Positions 14,188 to 27,260 of a DNA stretch of 64,000 nt are shown piece by piece. This DNA comes from the human T2T-CHM13v2.0 reference genome, Homo sapiens. Positions within the stretch are counted from its first letter, which is position 1; every line of letters starts with the position of its first letter. The stretch lies in the NCBI RefSeq assembly GCF_009914755.1, contig NC_060940.1; one strand, given 5' to 3'. The notes below the pieces were generated by a model, which had not been told where the DNA came from, searched no databases, and worked only from the letters and a program-made list of their open reading frames with translations. The position numbers and the translations under genes were made by a program.

Positions 14188-14836
14188 TTCTTCCTTCCTT
14201 CTTTCCATCTTCCTTTCTCTTCTCTTCCCTTCCCTTGCCTTCTTCCTTCCTTTCTTCTTTCCCTCTTCCTTTTTTCTTTTTTCTTTTCCTTTCTTTCTTT
14301 TCTTTCTTTTTTCTCCTTCCTTCCTTCTTTCCTTCTTTCTTTCTTTCCTCTTATTCTTCCTTCCCTCCTCCCTGTCTTCCTTTCTCCCTCCCTTTTCTTC
14401 CTTCTTTTCTCATATTCTTTCTTTCTGTCTAACGTTCTTGCTTTCTTTCCTTTTTTCTCCCTTCCTCCCGCCCTCCATTTCTTCCTTCCTCCCTCCCTTC
14501 CTTTCCTCTTTTTCCTTCCTTCCTTCGCATCTAAATTTTCTTTGTTTCTTTGCCTTCCTCCCTTTTACCATTCTCTCTTCCTCCTTTCCTTCCTCCCTTC
14601 CTCCTTTCTTTCTTTCTCTCTTTCTCTCTTTCTTTCTCTTTCTTTCTTTCTCTCTTTCTTTCTTTCTTGTGTTCATGCATTCTTTTTTCTCCCTTCCTGC
14701 CTTTCTCCCTTCCTCCCCACTCCCTTACTTCCCTCATTTCCTCCTTCTTTTATTTCTTCTTTCTTTCTTTGTTTCCTTCCTTCCTTCTTTCCTTCCTTCT
14801 TTTTCTTTCTTTGTTTCCTTTTCTTTCTTTCTCTTT
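14188..14836 (+). repeat. ~650-bp polypyrimidine low-complexity tract (CTTC/CTTT/CCTT-like)
   Basis: Almost purely C/T on the + strand; it generates the F/S/L/P-rich and K/E/R-rich artefact ORFs. Confidence 0.95.
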
Positions 14837-14925
14837 ACTACAATTCATATTATTTTTAAAAAATTAAGAGAGGGAGACAGAAAAATAAAGAATGCTTTAA
14901 TGTGCAGGTAAATAGATTATGTCTG

Positions 14926-15730
14926 CTGTAGGCAAAAGAATGGCCTCCCAAAAATTTTCATGTCCTAATTCCCAGATTCTAACATACAAATATGTTAGGT
15001 TGCACGGCAGTGTGAAATTAGATTTCAAGTGAAATTAATGTTGCGGAAAAATGATAGAGAGATTGTCTTAAATGGGTGGGATCAATGAAATGACAAACTT
15101 CCTTATAAGTAAAAGAAGAAGGCAGAAGAAAGGCAACCTTGGAGGTGGTGGCATGAGAAATTACTCAACATCACTGACTTTTAAGATACAAGAATGAGGA
15201 CCCAGCACTGTGGCTCATGCCTAATCCCAGCACTTTGGGAGGCTGGGGTGGGTTTATCATGAGGTCAGGAGATCAAGACCATCCTGGCTAACATGGTGAA
15301 ACCCCAACCCTACTAAAAATACAAAACATTAACTGGGTGTGGTGGCAAGTGCCTGTAGTCCAAGCTACTCAGGAAGCTGAGGCAGAAGAATCACTTGAAC
15401 CCAGGAGGCAGAGGTTGCAGTGAGCTGAGATCATGCCACTGCACTCCAGCCTGGATGACAGAAGGAGACTCCATCACACACAAAAAAAGAAAAATAGGAT
15501 ATAAAAATGAGGTCATGTTCCAAGGAATAAAGGTGGCCTCTGGATGCTGAAAAAAATCAAGTAATAGATTCTGCCACATAGCCCTCAGAAAGACTGCAGC
15601 CCTGCCCAAAACTTGATGTTAGCCCTGTGAGTGTCATTTAAGGCTTCTGAACTACAGAACTGTAGGATTAACGGTCACTTTATTGTAAGATATGAAGTTT
15701 GTGGCAATTGTTTACAGCAGCAAGAGGAAG
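14926..15730 (+). mobile_element. MaLR LTR MLT1D-like, interrupted by an Alu
   Basis: 5' end TGTAGGCAAAAGAATGGCCTCCCAAAAATTTTCATGTCCTAATTCCCAG; 3' part CCAAGGAATAAAGGTGGCCTCTGGATGCTG...AAGTTTGTGGCAATTGTTTACAGCAGCAA. Confidence 0.75.
15199..15495 (+). mobile_element. Alu SINE, AluSc-like
   Basis: Full dimer with an A-rich linker and tail. The left arm has ATCATGAGGTCAGGAGATCAAGACCATCCTGGCTAAC (Sc/Y-type) and the right arm is S-type (GAATCACTTGAACC, GAGGTTGCAG). Degenerate TSD: AAGATACAAGAATGAGG (15183-15199) / AGGATATAAAAATGAGG (15496-15512). Confidence 0.93.
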
Positions 15731-16719
15731 TTTATATTGTAATTGTATCATGAAAATGAGAACCATAATTTACAACTGCTTTTAATACTGCACTTGGATG
15801 TTTGAAATCATGTACATGGAAATGATCTCTATGTGCATGAGGGAGGATAGCAAATTGATGCCAAAATAATGCAAATGCAAATCTTACACTCATTTCTATG
15901 TAGGTTTCATTTAATCTTTGAAATTAAAATGAAATTAAATGATTGTGATCTTTTGATGAAATTAGACTAAAATGAACAATAACAAAATAAGAACTTACTT
16001 ATATTGTTTATATGGTCAATAAAGAAGTGATAGTGGAAAAAAACAAGATCAAATGAAGGTGATGATGTAGGAAGTTGGAAAGATAGCTGAAACTACAAAA
16101 TGGTATATAACCAGTGAACACTTAGACACACTGATTGATGAACTTCAGCTTTTGGCTTGGTGAGAGCATAAAATGAGAGCAGCTGAGGTTTGCAAATTTG
16201 TAATCTCCTTGTGGAAAACCATGGGAAAACACATCTCAGCCTAATAAGATTTATCTACTAAAGAGTCTAGACTTCAACCATTTGTCCTTGTAATTCAAAA
16301 GCTAATTCAAATACTGATCTGATGCATTGTGTGAACAAGCATTGCTGATTATCATCGCATACCTGGCATTCTCTTTTATCTGATATCAAAAATATTTGGT
16401 AATTCCTGGACTTTCTCTTTTCAAACCCAGTACGGTTTAATTTGAGTCTTAGAACAGTTGTCTTTGAGAAATTCTTCCCTCTACTGCATCTGTGAATGGG
16501 CATAGCATGGTTACATACATACTGTCACTCCATAGAACATTAGTTAAATTAAAGCCAAAGTTTAAAGCAAGAGCTTTAACTTACTGGTTTTACTAATGGT
16601 TTCCTCCCCAATAGCCACAACAATATTGATACCCTCACACCTTTTAACATAAAGCTTGGTGTTGTCTATTTTGCAGGTGCTGTCATCTATATGATCTCAG
16701 TATTTTAAAAATCAGCTTC

Positions 16720-17029
<310 letters not shown>

Positions 17030-18586
17030 TCAGCTCTCCTTGATTTCTATGTAAATATGCACAGGTGATGTCCATATAGACATAAATAATAATATTTCTG
17101 ACAATGGGTCCTTATGATCTTCAAAATGTAAAATGTCTATGTGGATAATTGACTGGTCAGTCTCATTAATGACTATAGATTCAATTCTACTTTCTTGTTC
17201 TACATAAATTATATAATCTAGCTTTTCATTTCACTTATTTACTGATAACAACAGGAAGAATGACAAGATATCTGTTTTGGAAAATTACTCTGGTAGGAGT
17301 AAAGATGAAACAATTATAGAATTGCATGGAAAACTAGAAAAAAGTATGGTCTTCTGATATTCTATCACATCACATACTAAAGGCCTCATGAAACTCAGAT
17401 ATTTTATCTAAAAATGTTATTTTCATCATAGGAATGATCAAAGCATGAGACTACAATTGTTTTAAAATGTGCTTCTATCACAAGCACAGGTGCTAAAACG
17501 GAGGGGAAAACATCATTACTGATATTTTCAATGTATGTTTTACTTTTCATCAACATGAACCTCAACTTGATACGATGCAGATTGAAGGAAATCACCCATA
17601 ATTCCATATGAAGAAGGCCTGTGATATTTTATGGGAAAACAAATAGAGAAAATGCTAACAGAAACCCTATTAAGCATGAATCTTTATGGAGCAAACACAA
17701 ATCCAGTGGTGAAAGATACACACTCGAGTTCTGTTTGTTGTCTTGGAACAATACGGTTTAGAGGTGACTGGCGGGTGAGGAGAACATATGCGAGTTCACC
17801 AAAGAGAAAAGCTGAATGAGGCAATGCCTCTTCCTGACCGTATCTCTTACTCAGATAACTATATAATTTATTGTCCAGTAAAGGGTATATTAAAAAATCA
17901 TATTAAAAGTCATGCAGTGAAGTTGTCCAGGGAAATCAAGACTTAACAGTCTCACTCTGACAATAATGAACAGGGGGATACCCTCAAGATAGACTAGGGC
18001 ATGGTAGTAGTACCAGAAACGGACCCATGGAAAATCTTTACCTTATGCTTGAGGTAGGGACCAGGCTAAAGTGAAAACCAGACATAAAATTCTATCTAAA
18101 ATAAATCCACAATCAAAGAAAATATGTGGTGTACAGGCATAGAATGTCTTTACTGGATCATTGAAATAGTAAGATAAATTCAACTTTTTACATTGCTTTC
18201 TTTTCCTCCAGTTAGGGCATGAGGTTTGTCTCTGGGGAGTGACTGTCAATTGGAGCCCTGCCTTTCTGGGGTTCTGGTCAGGGGGTTGTGGATGCTTAAC
18301 ATGTGCCTTTCACAGGACACTTCCTTATCCCAGCAGTGGCCAGGTGTGCATCCCACGACCTGGCCTCCCTCTCACAGAACATCTGTTGAGACTAGGAGAT
18401 GCCTGGTGACTGTTGCCTGACCTGTGTCCTGTGTATTTCTGACAAGAGCCACTCTCAGAGACCCTGGCCAGGAGGAGAGTTAGGTCCCAGTGTAGGTCAG
18501 CTCAGACCCATGGAGGCCACAGAACCAAACATGGGAAATCACAGAAGTAGGTTTCTTACTCACAGATCCAGAGAGAAGAGGGTAGC

Positions 18587-18933
18587 TGAGAAGAGGGTTT
18601 AGCTGTGCCCCCAGCCAAATCTCATCTTGAATTCCCACATGTTGTGGGAGGGAACAGGTGGGAGGTAATTGAATCATGGGGGCAGGTCTTTCCCATGCTG
18701 TTCTTCTGATAGTGAATATGTCTCACAAGATCTGATGGTTTTATAAAGGGGAGTTTCCCTGCACAAGCTCTCTTGTCTTGTCTGCTGCCATGTGAGACGT
18801 GCCTTTCACCTTGCACCATGATTGTGAGGCCTACCTAGCCATGTGGAACTGTGTGTCTATTAAACCTCTTTCTTCTGGAAATTACCCAGTCTTGGGCATG
18901 TCTTTACCGGTGGTGTGAAAATGGACTAATACA
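18587..18933 (+). mobile_element. THE1 (MaLR) solo LTR, THE1B/C-like, complete
   Basis: TG...CA ends flanked by the 5-bp TSD GTAGC (18582-18586, 18934-18938). Diagnostic segments are CCAAATCTCATCTTGAATT, TAATTGAATCATGGGGGCAGGTCTTTCCC, GATCTGATGGTTTTATAAAGGGGAG, CCATGATTGTGAGGCC and GGACTAATACA. Confidence 0.93.
18666..18747 (+). promoter_or_regulatory. DUX4 consensus site (TAATTGAATCA, 18666-18676) and TATA box (TATAAA, 18742-18747) in the THE1 LTR
   Basis: Exact match to the TAAYBBAATCA motif, with a TATA box at the usual THE1 position; activity is not demonstrated. Confidence 0.6.
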
Positions 18934-20989
18934 GTAGCACACCTCATAGGGCTGAACAAAATGGGGAAGATGAGTGGGGAGCAGGAGAGAGAAAAGGGGT
19001 TTGTGGAACTCCAGCCTTTATTGGGCCCAGAACATTACCCAATTAAGTTTTCCACAGGGCACTTGTCTGTGGGGTGAGTGCCAGCAGGCACATTTCTTGA
19101 CTCCCGCTGCAACCGAGCAGGTCAATGTGGCGTGTGGGGCTGTCCATGTGCGCTGTGAAGTCTGTGGGGTGAGTCAGGTAGGTTGTATCCAACGGTTCCA
19201 TAGCTGGTAGTCACCAGGAGGAGGCAACTGTGTAGGGTCAAAATCTGGGCCAGCCACACTGAGGAACTGTGAGGGTTAGAACTGGAAATTGTCAAGGGAA
19301 TCTGAACCCAGCTACCATATGAGAGAGTTCAACTTATGTTCAACGTGAATGGCATGGAAATATTAAAAGGTAAGAATTCACTCCATACGTGCTTCAGGTA
19401 AACAGGAGAAACCTAGAATTTATGTAAACAGTGAGAAGATTGGATGCGTTTTCCATCACATATTTTAATACTAGCAGCATATTATATATGTCAATCCGTC
19501 AGACATTCAGAAATACATGCTTATGAAAATTTTTTGCACCATCAGACAAAAGACAAGGGTAGAAAACATTTGTAACCCTATAAACACTAGTAAATTAAAA
19601 ACAGAAGGACCTTTATGTCCTAACATATCTCTGTTGTGAAAGGCTGCCCTGTGAAATAGGGGATTTCTTAAACATATTTTAAAAATCATAGGTGTCAATA
19701 TTTTTTAGAAATCCATTTAAATTTTCTCTTGTAATTTTACAATGCCTATTTATTTATTTAGTGGCTCTGCTGATTTTGATGTATATCCTAAACTTTATAT
19801 TTTCTTTAAAGGATGTTTTATACAACTTTATATAAAATGTTTCACTATCTTCACATTCTCTCCCTGTCCTTTTGTTTTGCTCTTATATGGTGGTCTTGAG
19901 TCTTTTCTCTGGCTTTTCAAACCTAGTAAGACTAAGACACTAAAGGAACTTTGCCCGTGGTTTGGTAATGCCTTGTAAAGCCCATCCTATGCTCTCGTGC
20001 ATACAGTGGTCTCCTTTCAGCTCTGTGCTTTTGAGATACCATATACCTAAATTCCAGTACTCCAAATCAGTACTGCTCAGTTTTAGTGACTAAGTTGAAA
20101 AATGTATTTTAATAGCAAGTTAGTTTAGTGCACTCTTGCTTCTTTCTTGACTGCTTATATACATATATATTCCTTTAAATGAATCTTGGAATTTACTTAA
20201 AAATTTTAAATTATACTAATGAAACTGTATACTGTTGTGAATTCATAAGTGAAGTTGGAAAGAATTTGTCTTTATGATACTAAATCCTTTTTATCCAAGA
20301 ATCATATGTGTCTTTATATTTACTCCAGTCTATATTTATATCACTGAGTAAATATATAGAAAAGTAGATACATACAGCTGTAGTTATAGATACAAATATA
20401 TTTATAACATGTTAAATCTATATCTATCCCATATAACATATATACATGTCATATGTGTGTGTGAATATATATGTTTATGTTATTAAAGAGCTCCCTTAAA
20501 ATTTTTCTTTTATTTCCTATATAATTTTAGGTCGAGCTTGAATTTTCTTTGTATAAACAAGCAAATATTTATACTAGTTTTAATACTGATGTTTAGACAT
20601 TCTATCTTATTTTAGCATTGAATATTTTCACAATTATTATAAATATTTTCTAATATTAATAATGTACCTGTTAAAAATATTTAAAAGTTTACTTTTGAAT
20701 TATTTTATGGTTGAATTAAAATTCCTTTAATATGATAGTCAATTTCTAATTTATGCTTTCTCTATGCATATGAAAATTAATCTATCCACTTCTCTATCTC
20801 CATGTAGTAACGTATGAAAATCAGGCCTCTCTTCTAATAGACTTACACATGTTTGCATATAGAATATCAGACTCTTTATAGCATTTAAAATCTTTAAAGA
20901 CATGAATATTGCCTTTTAACAAATATATTTTAGCATGTACTGAGAATCCCCTATTTATTTTTAATTGGAGCTAATCAATATGATTATTA

Positions 20990-21250
20990 ATATTATTGGA
21001 TTACCAAATTTGGAAACACACTTTCATCCCCAAGGTGGATATTTGTTTTATTTTTTTGCCAATTTCTTGTCTTACTGTTCAAATATTGTTGGATATTATT
21101 TTTATTTTATTTGGCATTTTAGTATCAACATTTGTAATTGAGGTACTCTACATATTTTTTCTTCAATATCAGGTGGGTTTTATAATTACTGCTATATTGG
21201 ATTTGTAGTAGACATTGACAAAAAGTATTCCTGTATGTTTTATAGCTGTA
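20990..21250 (-). mobile_element. Old L1M fragment (may extend into the AT-rich region upstream)
   Basis: T-rich antisense-L1-like sequence (TTTTATTTGGCATTTTAGTATCAACATTTGTAATTGAG); heavily diverged. Confidence 0.4.
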
Positions 21251-21799
21251 TGAAGGAAACTAATATATTTTACCCCTAAATATATTTCCTTGATGTATTT
21301 CAAAATGGCTATTGAGAAGGGCTGGAAATGCAAACCTAGATGCAAAGCTGTCTTGGGGAGATTTGCATAGGTAGATAATCTGCTTTGATTCAGACAGGCT
21401 TTCTCTGAGGTCTGCCCCCTTGTCTGGATCTAGGAAAGCTTAAATGAGAGTCTGAGGTCTCCAAAGGTCTGAAAGAAACATTTTCTGTCTATTTTCTCTG
21501 AGGACTACTCCCAGTGAGGTTCCACCTAGGTAATAAGTCCACTGTTGCTAGCCAGGGTCGTTTTCTCACATAACCTTTCTTTTTTTTCCCTGTGATCCAA
21601 GACCCCATTCTTTCTGTAAACTTCATGTGGTAGATAAGCTTCTGCACGCATCGTGTGTCTGGGTCTTCGTTCTAAGGGCTCCGGTGTACACACATTGCAG
21701 AAACCTGTATGCCTTTTCTACTATTTACCTGCCTCCTATTAGTGATTTTCAGGGAAACTTCAGAAGGCAACAGGGACATTCTCCTTTAGCCCATTCTCA
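21251..21799 (+). mobile_element. ERV1 solo LTR, MER34-family
   Basis: Starts TGAAGGAAACTAATATATTTTACCCCTAAATATATTTCC, contains GCAAAGCTGTCTTGGGGAGATTTGCAT, and has a 3' part TAGTGATTTTCAGGGAAACTTCAGAAGG. Confidence 0.75.
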
Positions 21800-21980
21800 G
21801 ACAAAACCCCCCAACATTTAACTGATTCCTAGTAGCTTAAAATCACTTTGAAAAATCCATATATTTATAACCTTTTCTTCCCTCTATGATTTCTGGTCAG
21901 CTTGGGTTTTGTTTTTCATTCCATTTACTTCATCCTCAAAAAGATCTATTTTACCTGTATTTATTCTCATTTATGGACAT

Positions 21981-22433
21981 TGAGAAAAGAAAATAACTTT
22001 CATCTGAGAAATGCAAGTCCTTTTAAATAATCAGGCCCAGAGAGATATTCAAATGAGACAGCAGTTCTGTCCCGCTCCTCTTTGAGCTGTGTGTTCATCT
22101 AGGCTGCGTGCTGTTGCCACAGTAGCTATAAATTAACCAATAACGCCACACCAGACACTATAATCCACACCCAATAATAGTGTAACAGTGTATAGCCAGT
22201 CACTAATAAATGTTATTTCCAAAAGCCAATGAGAATTTGTGACAAGCCTCTTTGCATCATCCCACTTCTGGACCCTTTTTTGCCTTTAAGAAACTGCTTG
22301 TTGCAAAGCTCCAAAGGGAGTTCATATCCAAGGATACTTGGGTCTGTTTCTTCCAGGCAGCTGTCCTCATTTTGGCTCAAGTAAACTCTTTGAATTACGT
22401 TTTGTGCTTCTGCCACTTCCACTTAGATTAACA
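21981..22433 (+). mobile_element. ERV1-class solo LTR (MER4-group-like, subfamily not determined)
   Basis: TG...CA termini with a 4-bp TSD ACAT (21977-21980, 22434-22437), a CCAAT box, a TTTAAGAA TATA-like element and AGTAAA in GGCTCAAGTAAACTC near the 3' end. Confidence 0.75.
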
Positions 22434-22548
22434 ACATGGATTTGTGTCACCATGTACAGCAATTAAAATGTTTACACTTTTCCCCTCGAGGGCACTGATG
22501 TGTTTTTCTGAGCACTTGGAATAGCTACGTAGTGTTTACTGTCTAGAT

Positions 22549-22742
22549 TATGGTTTCTCAACCTTGGTGCTACTTACCTTTAGGACCAGAGGATTCTTTG
22601 TTGTGGGAGGCTGCCCTAGCAATGCTTGGTGTTTCGTTTGACCTCTAAATTTCACACCTCCACCAGTCTTGACATCCCCACAATAAACCTAGATATTGAC
22701 AAATGTCTCCTGGGGAAAACTCTCCACCAGTTGACAGCCAAA
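22549..22742. mobile_element. MER20 (hAT-Charlie) DNA transposon
   Basis: GGTTTCTCAACCTTGG...ATTCTTTGTTGTGGGAGGCTGCCCT...AAATGTCTCCTGGGGAAAA...CAGTTGACAGCCA matches the MER20 layout with terminal inverted repeats. Confidence 0.8.
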
Positions 22743-23629
22743 ATTCTGGAAATATTGGAATTGTCAATTGAGATTTCATGTTATCCAAAACAAATACTTT
22801 TCTTTGTTTTTAAACATCTACTTCCATCTACTTATCTACTTATTTTTACTTTTATTTGTAACTTAATTCCATCAAGGAGAGAGAGTGCATTTTCTGTTAT
22901 GCTAAATTTTTGAAGAATGTATTGATTTTTTATGACCTGATATATGGATGATATGTAGATATTACATGTTTGCATTATCAAATTTCAGGGCGATAATAAA
23001 ATAAATACTTATAATATTTATATTGTCACTGTTTATTAGTTATTTTCTTTCTTCACTACAGGAGTTTTTCAACCTATAGGCTATTTTTCAATTCTAGGTT
23101 ATCCAGTAGATTTTGAAATGTTATGATTAAATATCTACTTCTCAAGCATTCATCTTTGCAAATGAAACAACCCCAAGCTCTTATAATGCACATCATATAA
23201 AGGGCAGATTAGTCAATATATGGTTCAGAAATAATTATGTAATATTTATAAGAAAATTAAAAATTTAGATCCTTAACTCAGATAACAATCATCCAAATTA
23301 AAATTTGATTTCATTACATAATTTAAAATGAAACCAGAATACTAGTAAAAATGTAGATAAGTTTATATAATCTTTTTTAGCTGTAGGACTTTATTAGCAT
23401 AAATTCAAATACAGGAACCAAAGTAAGATTGAGACCTATAGTCAAAGGTTAAAATGTACACATTATAGGGGCATGATTAAACTAATTTAAAGCATGATAA
23501 CATGGAGAAATATTGCAAAACGTACATTTTACTGAATTAATTGTTAATACCTAATCATTATGTGAGAACAAAATTAAAGAGTAACTGCACACGCACACAC
23601 CCACACACAAGTGCAATATTGTCAAATAA

Positions 23630-24644
<1,015 letters not shown>

Positions 24645-26010
24645 GAGAAAAGACAAATGTATAGGTGACAAATAATATTTAGAGTGTAAGACGCTTTTTA
24701 AAGGTATACTTGCAATTTGTGTCAAAACACTTAAATATACATTTGTTATTTTAACAATAAAATTAAAAATAATTTAAGCCAAATACAGAGTATATGCAGA
24801 AAATTTAGCAATATATCTATGTAGCACCTTACTGTGCATTACTGTAACCAGCCATCTAATATAAAGAATTAATTAAGGTAGCAGCTACTTTTCAAAGAGC
24901 GCATTTTTTTCACAGACCTATTAAATAAGACAAATAACATTTAAACTTTATTTTTAAATTTGCAGAAATGTAGTTCTCAGCAGATGGCTTATTTTAGCAA
25001 ATTCCATCTTCACATTGTGCTATGCTTTTATGAGTTCCAGGTGTTAACGGAGAATATTTTACTGCTGAAACTATCATGTGTGATATAATTGCTCATTATG
25101 TGCCTTAAAACACAAGCAATATAATTATTTTTAACTTGGAGCAAATTAAAATCTTATCAGCAATTTAAAAACTCTGGAGTCGTCTTATGCTGGTTATTTT
25201 AAACTTGTATTTTTCTCTTTATGTTTTTAGTGAGTTGTCTTATCAAGGAGAAGAACTCAAGGTGATTATTCTTTTTTTTCTCTTCCATCCACTTCGCAGG
25301 TGTGTTAATAATTTCATTTCTCAGAAAATGTTCTTTCATATCCATCTTACAAGATGAGAGACCTTTTAACATCTTCCATTCGGATGTGATACCAGTAATG
25401 GAAAATATTCCAGCTTCATGAATATGGTGATACAAATAGTTATCCGTCTAACCTCTTTCAGTGCCAAATGTTTACTTTCCTCAGTGACTTACTCAGTTGA
25501 CTGCTAATTTCTTCTGAAATCACTAATGAGAGGATCAGAAGTCTGGCTGTTGTCTGTACCTCATATGACTCCCAGTGCAGACAATTGTTTCTATGGAGCA
25601 CAGACAGTTGAAAGGATTGAATTCCTGCCTAGAATAATTTCTGCTGTGCTTCTTGTCCTTCTTGTGGAAATTTCATATTATGTGAATTGCTTTTCCATCT
25701 TGAGAAAAAACGCAACAATTCTCCCACCTGAGAGGAATGTAAACTGTAGTAAGTTAGCAGAACCAATCCGTAAAATTTTTACATTGTTTGTTGCAAAATG
25801 CAGCTCTGGTGTCTCCATCACTCAATTTTCTATCCCTCATTGCTCTTTCTTTGACTGCACTAGGATACCTCTAGGCAAATCTGTATTCCCGACACAGAGG
25901 GCCCTTTTGGTGAGCTATAAGCACACTCAATGATATGCTGGAATACTAGCTTTTACCTATGACGAAATGGAATCATATCAGTGATTTTTTTAAAAAGGAA
26001 ATTTAACTCT

Positions 26011-26175
26011 TGCTATGGTTTGAATGCTTGCACCTTCCAATCTCATGTTAAAATTTGATCCCCAATGTTGCAAGTGGGGCTTACTGGGAGGTGTTTGTTC
26101 ATGTGGTTGGACCTTCATGAATGGATAATACCCTCCCTGAGAAATCTAAAGCTATCCTCCCTCCTCGGTGCCCTC
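26011..26175 (+). mobile_element. MaLR MST-type LTR, 5' fragment
   Basis: TGCTATGGTTTGAATG...CTCATGTTAAAATTTGATCCCCAATGTTG...GGGAGGTGTTTG...CTTCATGAATGGAT. Confidence 0.7.
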
Positions 26176-26189
26176 AGAAATGAGTGTAC

Positions 26190-26830
26190 CATTCTTTATT
26201 CACCTATAATTCCAACACCCATCCTTTTTGAGATATTAATTACATGTATGTTACACTGCTGCATATTGTCTGACTTATCAGTGAGTTTCTGGCTTTCTTA
26301 TTTTAGTTTACCCTTTGTCCTTTAGTTTGTATAGCTTCTATTTTGTTCTATAAATTTTCCGATGTTAGGGTAAAATCCATTACTTATTCTATCTCATGGA
26401 ATTTTTATTTCAAATATTTATTTTTCATCTATACATGTCACATTTTTCATTTTATAACCTCTATTTTTCTCCTATGTTCAATTTTCATTTAAGTATCTTG
26501 ACTTATATATGTATTTATCTATATGTATTTATAAAATATATTTACTTTAAGGACCTTGAAATTTCCTTCTTTTCTGTCATTTACAAATGACTTATTTTTA
26601 TCCTGTTAATATATATCTTAATTATGTATATCTTACGGCTTCTTTGCATGTCAGAGTTTTTTTTTGGGGGGTATTTTGATGTTATGCTAATGAATATCTA
26701 GATTTTATTGGCTACCTTTGGACAATGTTGTGGCAGGCTGTTAAGTAACTTCAGGATGAGTATTTGTACGTTGTTGTTTTAAATCTTCTCTTTAAACTTT
26801 GTGGAGTTAGTCTAGAGTCATCTGTAATTT
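26190..26830 (-). mobile_element. Old L1M ORF1/5' region fragment
   Basis: T-rich antisense pattern (CCTTTTTGAGATATTAATTACATGTATGTTACACTG) resembling antisense L1 ORF1. Confidence 0.45.
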
Positions 26831-27027
26831 GGAGCTAAATGAGCACTGTCACCAGGGTATGAACCTCCAATGGTCTTTACTGAATATCCTGGAGGTACAG
26901 AGGGGATTCCCTTCTCTGATTAGAATTTGGAATATAAAGAGAAAAGAGAAAAATAGAAAGCTATGCATAAACACGTGCATTAAAATGAATTTTATGTGGG
27001 CTTTTTCATGAAAATGTTCCTAAGGTA

Positions 27028-27260
27028 TTTTATTTTTTTATTGTGGTAAAATACACATAACATAAAATGTACTCTGTTAACCATTTTAAGTGTACAGTTC
27101 AGTGGTACTAAATATAGTCATAATATTGTGCAGCCGTCCCTACCATCCATCTCCATAATTGGTTTCACCTTGTAAAACTGAAACTCTAAACCCATTAAAC
27201 AATACTTCCCCATTTCTTCCTCCCCCCAGCTTCTGGCAACCATCACTGTACCATCTCTAT
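27028..27260 (-). mobile_element. L1MB-type 3' end
   Basis: TTTTTATTGTGGTAAAATACACATAACATAAAATGTAC...AACCATTTTAAGTGTACAGTTCAGTGG...AAACTGAAACTCTAAACCCATTAAACAATA...CTGGCAACCATCA. Confidence 0.85.

Larger units (their letters stand above)
18219..19387 (-). mobile_element. ERVL LTR, MER54/MER73/MER74-like, interrupted by THE1
   Basis: The reverse complement starts TGGAGTGAATTCTTAC...CATAAGTTGAACTCTCTCATA...CCCTTGACAATTTCCAGTTCT. An AATAAA signal lies on the - strand near 19017-19022. Confidence 0.65.

Noticed and set aside
14058-14911. Long ORFs of up to 250 aa (F/S/L/P-rich; K/E/R-rich on -)
   Set aside because: They are artefacts of the stop-free polypyrimidine tract.
25526-25933. 135-aa ORF in non-repeat DNA
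   Set aside because: No recognisable domain, splice structure or codon pattern; its length is compatible with chance.
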